The notes under the pieces were generated by a model. The model was not told the DNA's origin and did not search any database. It saw only the letters and a program-made list of their open reading frames with translations. A stretch of DNA of 59,280 nt, counting the filler, from Platydemus manokwari (taxonomy: Eukaryota): the NCBI GenBank assembly GCA_037951405.1. It is 5 parts of 5 records of this genome, joined end to end, with 100 filler letters (N's around TTAATTAATTAA, not from the genome) between each part and the next. Parts side by side here need not be neighbours in the genome. Positions count along the whole stretch, not along the records: positions 46,755 to 59,280 come from JBBMOY010025569.1; 4 more parts are not named here. One strand, 5' to 3'. Positions 51,251-59,280 of the stretch are shown here, in pieces; position 1 is the stretch's first letter, and each line of letters opens with the position of its first letter. The translations under genes and the position numbers were made by a program.

Positions 51251-51949
51251 TAATACATTTCCTTAAATTCTAATTAATTTACGAACAATCAATCCAAATT
51301 ATAATATTCTAATTATAACTTATAACATACTAAATACTTATAATTTAATTATTCACATATTGTCATCAATAACAAAATAATCAATATTGTAAATCCATTA
51401 CGAATTAAATATTAACTTATAAAACTAATGACATGTAATATATTCACCATTTCCAATCCATAATCAATATCTATAATCCAAATTGCAAGACACCATTTAC
51501 GAAGTCAACTCACCACAATAAACTGTACAATCGAAAAACTAGAAACATGTACCAATATAAAAAACAATTCACACGGGAATAGAAAAACCTTAGTAATATT
51601 AATATACTCTGTACTAATACATAATATAAGGAATTCAAGTTACAATGATACATGCGTCCTACACATCCTAAAATGATTAACTAGGAACATTAGCATCATT
51701 CAAGAGACAAAACACAAAGCAAAATCACAGCTGATAAAGTGGGTTTATTGGTATAATTAACTCAGTTTCATTTCTCTTAAAACTCAATAGTTGCTTAGCA
51801 GTTTCGCTAAATCAATTACATTGGCGCCTGAGCTTATTGAATATGTGTGTATTAACAGTTTGAGAGTTATTTCCATGGTATTCGAGAATATTTTGGTTGT
51901 TTTTGTGATCTACCGAACACAACGCATTTAGTGAATACTTGGATCTGTG

Positions 51950-52450
51950 ATTAAGCATGTACCGTATTTCTATCATATATTTTAGTTTAGTGTTGGAATT
52001 TGTCGGCGAAGACCAAACATGTATGTTTATGGTTTTCTAGCAAAGTGTTCTTGAAACATTATGGTCATTTTGACAATATCTTTATTGCCATATACTAAAG
52101 GTGAGCATGGATATTTGATACCATTGTATTACTCCTCGTGTTATGTTTACTCTATCCGTGATTTAGATTCCACGTACAAGTACTGCTTTAAAATTATTGT
52201 ATAATATGTTATTTATTGTAATCGCATTGTCTAAGAGTCCCATTATTCTTAGTGTAAGTTTGCTTGAATGTATATAGATGGGAAAGCTTCATCTAAGTCT
52301 AGAAATGTCATATGATCATTGATCTTTCTCTTACCTTGATATTTCTCTATTTTGGCTTTGAGAAAAAAATTCATCGAATGAGCCTAGATTTTTTAGGGTG
52401 ATAAAGCAGAATATTCTCAATTGTTTGCAAAGTTGTTGCTCGCCATGATT
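51950..52450 (-). mobile_element. Decayed non-LTR reverse transcriptase
   Basis: Minus-strand motifs in correct order: MTFLDLDEAFPSI, VNITRGVIQWYQISMLTF, CLVFADK. Confidence 0.7.
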
Positions 52451-55174
52451 TCACTTCTTTGTAATTTACTAACCTCATGGATTTGATTATTATGACTATG
52501 TTAAAGATTGACCATTCATAGAGTATTTTTCTGTCAGTCAAACATTCTCATATAATGTTGGTTATAATTCATGTTAGTTTAGGTAGACGTAGAGAATATC
52601 TTTGTGCCCTACTTTGTTTTTGCTGGTGCAGTTGGATCCTTTTTCTTAAGGATACAATGTGTTTATTCTTCATCAACAATTTTGAAGTTGAATTTTTACA
52701 TAATTCCTTAATTAACCAACGTGAAACGAAAGAAATATTCAAATCACTATTGTTGAAATTATAATATATTTATAAAAAACAAATAAACCACTATCATAAT
52801 TACAAAAACTTTTCTAGTTATTGAATGTCTTTGATATTTCAAGAATAAAAATAATATTTCATTCATTATGATATTATGTTTAGCTTTGATTTTATTATAT
52901 AATTTTTTTTTAATCTTTTTAAACATTTCGCCAACTTTCTTTGTTGTGATCTGTGATAGCGAAGGAAAGTCTTTTTACAAAAACTAAGCTTGTTATCCAA
53001 AGAATTATTCATTTCGTGAAAATAATTGATTAATTTCTTAAACTTTATTTTTAATTGGACTAGCAAGATTTATTTTTCTTTTGAAAATTATTTCGGTATT
53101 TGAAATGGTTATTAGTTGGATCTTAATAATGTAACACTTTTCATATTCATAATTACGAAGGCTTCAATAGAAATTTCAAAGATCATATCATGCCAATATT
53201 ACAATTTTTGCAATATATACAGTATGAAATTTAATACCATTGACAATTACATTAAATATCGATGACGAAAATGCGAAATATTATTTTTGATTCAGTTTCA
53301 CTTCAATAAATAATTTTGATTATTATTTGAAAATATTATGCTAAATTTATAAGCAACAATAAAATTAATTTTAATTATTAGTTTAGCTATTAATAAAAAG
53401 CGTCTAATACTGTAAATAAATTACTGCAATCGATTCAAAACACCGAAAACATTGAGATAGTGTAACATTTACTAACAATTATTTATAATTATTAGCATGA
53501 TATTTATTTTAAAGCTCCGAGTTTGTTTTAAAATTTTTAACTTCTTGAATTTGAAATTTATGATATTTAAAGAAAATTAAAGATATATAATAAAGTAATT
53601 ATTATTATAACACAATGATCACATTTATTCGATCAAGCATCATTTAAACTTTGACCAGACTTCATTTTACCTTAGATTAATAAATAAAGTTCCAGACCTG
53701 TTTAAATTTTTAAACATTTTGTGGTAAATATTTTTTTCACCAAGCTAAAAATGAAACTAGATTGCAACTACTTTCGAAATTTCTGACTTTTAGCATCATT
53801 ATGTTTCTATTCTTAAAAATTAAAAGAATAGAATTAAATATCTAGAAATACGATTTTAAAAAATTTATATTAAAGATAAATTTATAACACTAACCAACTT
53901 TTTGAAACATCCAAAAGTTTAGTTGGCAAGGAACATAAAACCCCGTGTTTAAAAAATTTATTTATTACAATAAGATTATTTTATCGAAATGTAAATGTAA
54001 ACATTACTTGTATTATCAATTAAGCGGTTCAACAAAGGCCAAATATTAACAAGTTACATAAAATTATTGGAGCATAACTTTAAAATCTGTACCACGATAT
54101 GATACATATCAAATAACATACTACTTTTATTTGAGCATTGATATACGTATATATATTTAATTTTGAATGTAAATAAAATTTCGAGATATTTAAAAGGAGT
54201 ACGATCATTCGAGCACAATAAAATCATTATAATAGCTTAAAATAATCATGTAATTGGCACAATCATTTGAATGGCCAAATTGATACTCGAATTATAAGAT
54301 TTGGTTTACTTTGGTTCAAATTTCTTAGTAGATGCAACCATTCCAGTTTCGACCAAATTTACAAAATACATATTAGTTTGAATTTTACATAGTTTTACAT
54401 TAAAAAAAAATATTAACGTGTTTATAATTATAACTGATAAAATAATTTATAAATAGTAGTAATGTACCAAGAGAATTTAGAAAACAACTTATAATATTCT
54501 AAAAGATAAATTTAAAAAAATATTATTGATTCGGCAGCAAAAGATCTTTTGACACAATTTCAAGAATAAAACAATTTTTGAAAAGCGCAACCTTTTAATC
54601 GCAAATAAACCTGTGGCCAAACAATTATAAAAAAAACAAAAAACATTTGAAAGTTCTCATATGGAATATTTTTTTCATGAAACAAATCAACGTTATGAAA
54701 AATAAACTATATAATTGAGAAAACAAGATTATAAATATACAGCTCAGATGCCAAAAACGTTAAAGTTAACTAAATCTTAAAATTCAAAAGAATTCAAATC
54801 AAATCATTTCAAGCTGAGAAGTTATCATATGAAGTCATTTGACAATAAAGAACTGATTTGTTTCAAAAAAAAATCAATAACGGATCATGGTGGTTTAAAA
54901 AAATTCTTTAAGTTTAACTTGAACAGTTTACAAATGTACACATGAAATCAATGAATTATTTTTCCAAACTAATAAAGCAAGGTAATAAACCAAAAAAAAT
55001 GTCAATGAAGCCAGAATAAAACTATATGCCCACACATACACATCAAATAATAATAATAATTAAAAATGACAATCCTCTATTCAACCACTCCCGAACAAGC
55101 AACCAAAAGGACAGTAATCAATAATATTCAATAATATTCTCCACTATCAACTAATCCGTACAATAATCGGAAAA

Positions 55175-55983
55175 TTATCGTGTCGAATCTCCTTCGAGGC
55201 GAGCATAACGATTTTCGTTTTGTTTTCTCATATGCGGTGGGACATATTTACCGGTGTTGGTGTTAGTGACAGGTTTTTCTGGTATAACTTCAGCAGGAGT
55301 AACAACTACATCGCGTTTTGTTGGTTGGGAATGACCATTTTTATTCACACGAGACCATGTACCATCCTCTGCATCAATGTCTACAACTTCACCGAGTGAT
55401 GGAAATTCATTGTTATTAGCAATGTTAGGAGCTTTCTTATTTTGTTTCATTGATAGTTTGCTAATATCTCCACCACGCATTGCTGGAGGTCGATATTTTT
55501 GAACTTGTGATGGTTCTGATATTGGAACAGATTCTATTTCTGTTTTTACAACCACTTTGTTACCCCATGGGTGAGCGGATTTGTCATTTTTTTTGGAATT
55601 TGTATCACTATCTGATTCTTCAGATGCACATTCAACATTGTTATCTATCTTTGGCTTAACTTCTTCGACTTTCTGTGGCATCATACCTATACGCAAATTG
55701 GAAATATCGACATCTAATTCTGATTCATCCTCCCATTCGTCGTCTTCCTGTATTACAAATATTAGTTTAAATAGAAATAAATTAAAGTTACTTTAGTTTT
55801 TCTCAATAAATCACTTTTCGGTTCTTGAGATTGCTGATTTTTTTCATTAACTTTTTTAGCTTTTTTCAATTCAGCTTCACGTGTTTGTTCGATTAATAAT
55901 GAAGGATTAATAACGTAAGTTTTCTTGGATTTCTTTTTTTTATCTTTATTTAAAAAGAAGGATTCTAATTCATTTACTTCCAT
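55175..55983 (-). CDS. CDV3: CDV3 homolog, 2 exons (55983-55792, 55747-55175), 254 aa
   Basis: LESFFLNKDKKKKSKK, EDDEWDE..VDISNLRI, HPW, KYRPPAMR and KKAPNIANNNEFPSL match CDV3 family motifs. One 44-bp phase-0 GT-AG intron. Confidence 0.88.
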
Positions 55984-58900
55984 TGTAATTTGCATAAAAA
56001 TGTGACAATTTAGGAACAAAATTGTTTTAAATATTTTATTTACGTTATATAAACAATTTATTTAAACGCTTTAAAGTATCATTTCACAAATACATTGAAA
56101 ACGGATTTAATAACAATTAAATTATAATAAATTAAAAAATTTCATTATCTGTACAATTATTTGACGATTATATTTGAAGAATTAATTTAATAATTATACA
56201 ATTTTATTCTAAATATGAATGTATTACTTACTTTTTGGTAAAGTTTAAAAGGTCATTTAAAATTAATTTATAATTATTATTGAAGTGTATATGAAGCTCA
56301 GTGTAAGAATTTTGTTTTTTGATGCTTATCAAAACAATGAAGAATATTCAAATGAAAGAATATTCAACAAGAACTATCAAAGAGGAAATGTAGAAAGAAT
56401 CAAGGTTACAGAAAACACATCTTCTACAGTCAAAAAGGGTAATGAAATAATTGATAGAACTAAGTTATGATTTAATTCAAAAGTATCTCAAAAATACAAA
56501 TACCCACTGAAAATGAGAGTTGAGATGCAGACAATCGAATAATCTAGAAACACGGACAACAATAAATACACAAGCTCTTATTCAAGTTATAAGATATAAA
56601 AAGCCTTATATAAATGCGAAACCAAATAAAAAATCTCTGAACTATTGTTAGTTTTACATTAACAATACAATAGATAAAATAACAAAATTCTTGCAATAAC
56701 ATCAGTTGTACGCAAGTTATTATAAAAACATAATTTCTGATTTAAATTTTTCTCTCGGGTTTGATGGTAAGCCTATTGCTTTGATAAATTATTTGTACTA
56801 AGTTTTGATGTAGTCTTACTGATTGAACCAAAACACAGTTATTTTAAAATGGTCTTAAATGATTCATGTTAACTAAATTTCGTCAATTTATTCTACAATG
56901 TAAATCATTACAATTATTCATTCATCTACCTTTTCCCATGTCATAAACCCATAAACCATTGATATTTTGCAATTTAAATGATTACGCACTTCGTAAATTC
57001 GAGTGTGTATCATCATAATGTAAGCTGGTCAATATATCATAACTTTAAGTGACTATATAAAAGTATCAATAAAGGATAAACTGTATATAAAATGGGTTTC
57101 AATAGTACAAGAGATTGAATACACGCTAAATGCCAGAGGACAAAAATGATATAGATATCATTTAGGAGGAAATACCTAGATCACAGTTGCATGTCAATAG
57201 TAAAAATTATTGTTAATAAATTAAAAGAAACATTCAAGAAAAACAACAAAACAAGTGGAATAAAACTAAGACAGTTATGATGATCATTATGAAATAAAAA
57301 GATAGAACCAGAAAAAGAGCTATCGGTTACAACATGAATATACGTCAGTTATAACAAGGAATGCCAAGACAATCAAAGATTTAAAAATTATCTATTTTCT
57401 TTAACATATTAAAGGTATTATTATACCTTGTATAGATTATAGAAAAAGACTTAGATAAAATAAATATGTAAGAATATAACATATACACATTGAATAGATG
57501 AAGATATATTAAAAATTCAAATATTTCAGACAACTCAACAACTAGTTTATATTGGTGAGCAGATACTTCTAAGTCAATATAAAAGTATTCAAGCTTTTAG
57601 TCGACGGGCACAATAATGTACATTACTCAAGAAAAAATAAAAATGAAAATTGTGAATTTGAAAAGATTCTTATCTATTTAATTCCCTCTCGCAACAGTTA
57701 CCAAGTCAACTGTAAACAAAGTTTCACTAGTAACTAGAAAAAAATAATTTCCTGTAAGCAGATTTGTGGACTTCTGAGCGTATGATATTTCTTTTGTACT
57801 GTTTTAGATAATTTTATTTGATAGTTATTAAATTAACCATTTACATATTAACCACCGTCTTTTCTTGTAATAGTTTAACTTGCAGTTAGCCTTTAAGAAA
57901 TATATTTCTTTTTTAATTTAATTTAAAAATTATCGTAGTTTATACAAAAGTTTTTCCATATTTATCCATTTTTTTAAATATGTCTTACACTGTGGATCCC
58001 GGACTGGGTAATTTCGTATACCAGTGATGCCGTTATTTCCCCATAAAAATCGATAACTTGCAAATTAAAACTACAATTATTACCATATCGAAAAATATCC
58101 TCAACGATATATTGATAAACTTGCAACCCATTTAATATATTGATTCTAGGGAGTTTTATTATTGTCTGTAATGAGAGTCGGGCATGAAGCTCCGTTTTAG
58201 AGTCTAAAGAAATTTATTAAAATTATGCGAAGTATAGCCGAAAAGGGATCCAAAGAAAATTTTTTTTATTTGTTGAATGTATCTCATAAAACTATGTAAT
58301 TCATATAATTTTTGATTAATTATCTAAGAAAATTTTTTGTTGTTTGAAAAAAAAAATTAGCTAGAATTTTAAAATTTCACAGAAAATTATTATTTAAATA
58401 GCATGTCAAAGTAGGTCAGTTTAAGAACAAATTAAAGTTAATAAGGACATTTTCCCTTAACATTGGATGGAAATTGATTGATACCCTGAGTATTATAACT
58501 ATTTTATAATAAAAAGTAATATTATATTATTAAACATGCCATATTATTAAACATAATGATAGTTAATTAACAGGTTTGATTCACAATTGGGAGACATATA
58601 GATGCAGAAATCATAACAAAAATTCTAACTGGTGCAAAGAATCATATAGAATGCTGTGACATAAATATAAGAAAGGTGTTGTTATTAGAAAATGAACTCG
58701 GTTTAACATTTCTATTTTGTCGTGATAATGATATGCTTTTTACTTCTATCAGAATGAGTGCCATCAAATGAACTCCATAAGTAAATCAATTCTCACAAAG
58801 TGGTAAAAAAATGTTATAAAAGCAAAACTAATTATTTAAATTATTCATTAAGATATGAAATGTGTCGATAGAACTATTGTTTCTTATTTTCAATAAAAAA

Positions 58901-59280
58901 AAACCAAAGTTTGACAACCACAAGAGCAAATTATTTCAGAATAAAGAAAAAATTAACATTTATTTCACAACTTAATAATTAATTGCAATCGGATTAGTTA
59001 TTTGTATGTTTTATTGGATGTATTAAATTTGTCTTTCAAGCCTGGGCTATTAACATAACACCGTTAACTGCTCAAAGTCCACCGTCAATCATAGAGATAT
59101 TTATAGTCTAAATAATGAAGCGCAAAGAAAATACAATCTCTTCTTAGTTTTTATTATTTTTCGTATAAGATTAAAAATGTTTAGAAAATGAAATTTTTGC
59201 TTGTAATTTTATAAAAATTAAATTAAAGTTAAATAATAAAATCAAATCATATGCAAAAGTACGTCGTAATAAAATGACGT

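Noticed and set aside
362-55983. Functional cluster of RNA-metabolism genes (INTS9, eIF4G-like, helicase, CDV3)
   Set aside because: They sit on different contigs separated by artificial spacers, so linkage is not demonstrated.
56285-57450. Possible Penelope-like or R4-like relics
   Set aside because: Too decayed; no GIY-YIG or RT motif could be read with confidence.

Overview
This is very AT-rich eukaryotic DNA, almost certainly animal, with many ~40-60 bp GT-AG introns. It is not prokaryotic, so most entries in the ORF track are exon fragments or spurious. The window is five contig pieces joined by four identical artificial 100-bp spacers (N44-TTAATTAATTAA-N44), so adjacency across spacers is unproven. 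Host genes reconstructed by hand-splicing: VAP (VAMP-associated protein), Integrator subunit 9, a secreted PAN/apple-like protein with an internal TAG, the C-terminal part of an eIF4G-like gene (MA3+W2), a tetraspanin terminal exon, a HELZ/MOV10-type SF1 helicase, the 3' end of a single-pass membrane protein, and CDV3. The rest is rich in decayed mobile DNA: a hAT/Buster deletion derivative with TSD, a mariner relic, a TA-flanked foldback MITE, a Ty3/gypsy protease and several non-LTR RT relics. The most interesting locus is about 25-31 kb. There, a NeSL/R2-type non-LTR retrotransposon carries a Cys/His finger, clustered SUMO-interacting-like motifs and a Ulp1-like SUMO protease ahead of its RT. 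It lies between integrase and protein-primed PolB remnants of an apparent Polinton/Maverick. All family assignments come from motif recognition by eye; no database searches were run.
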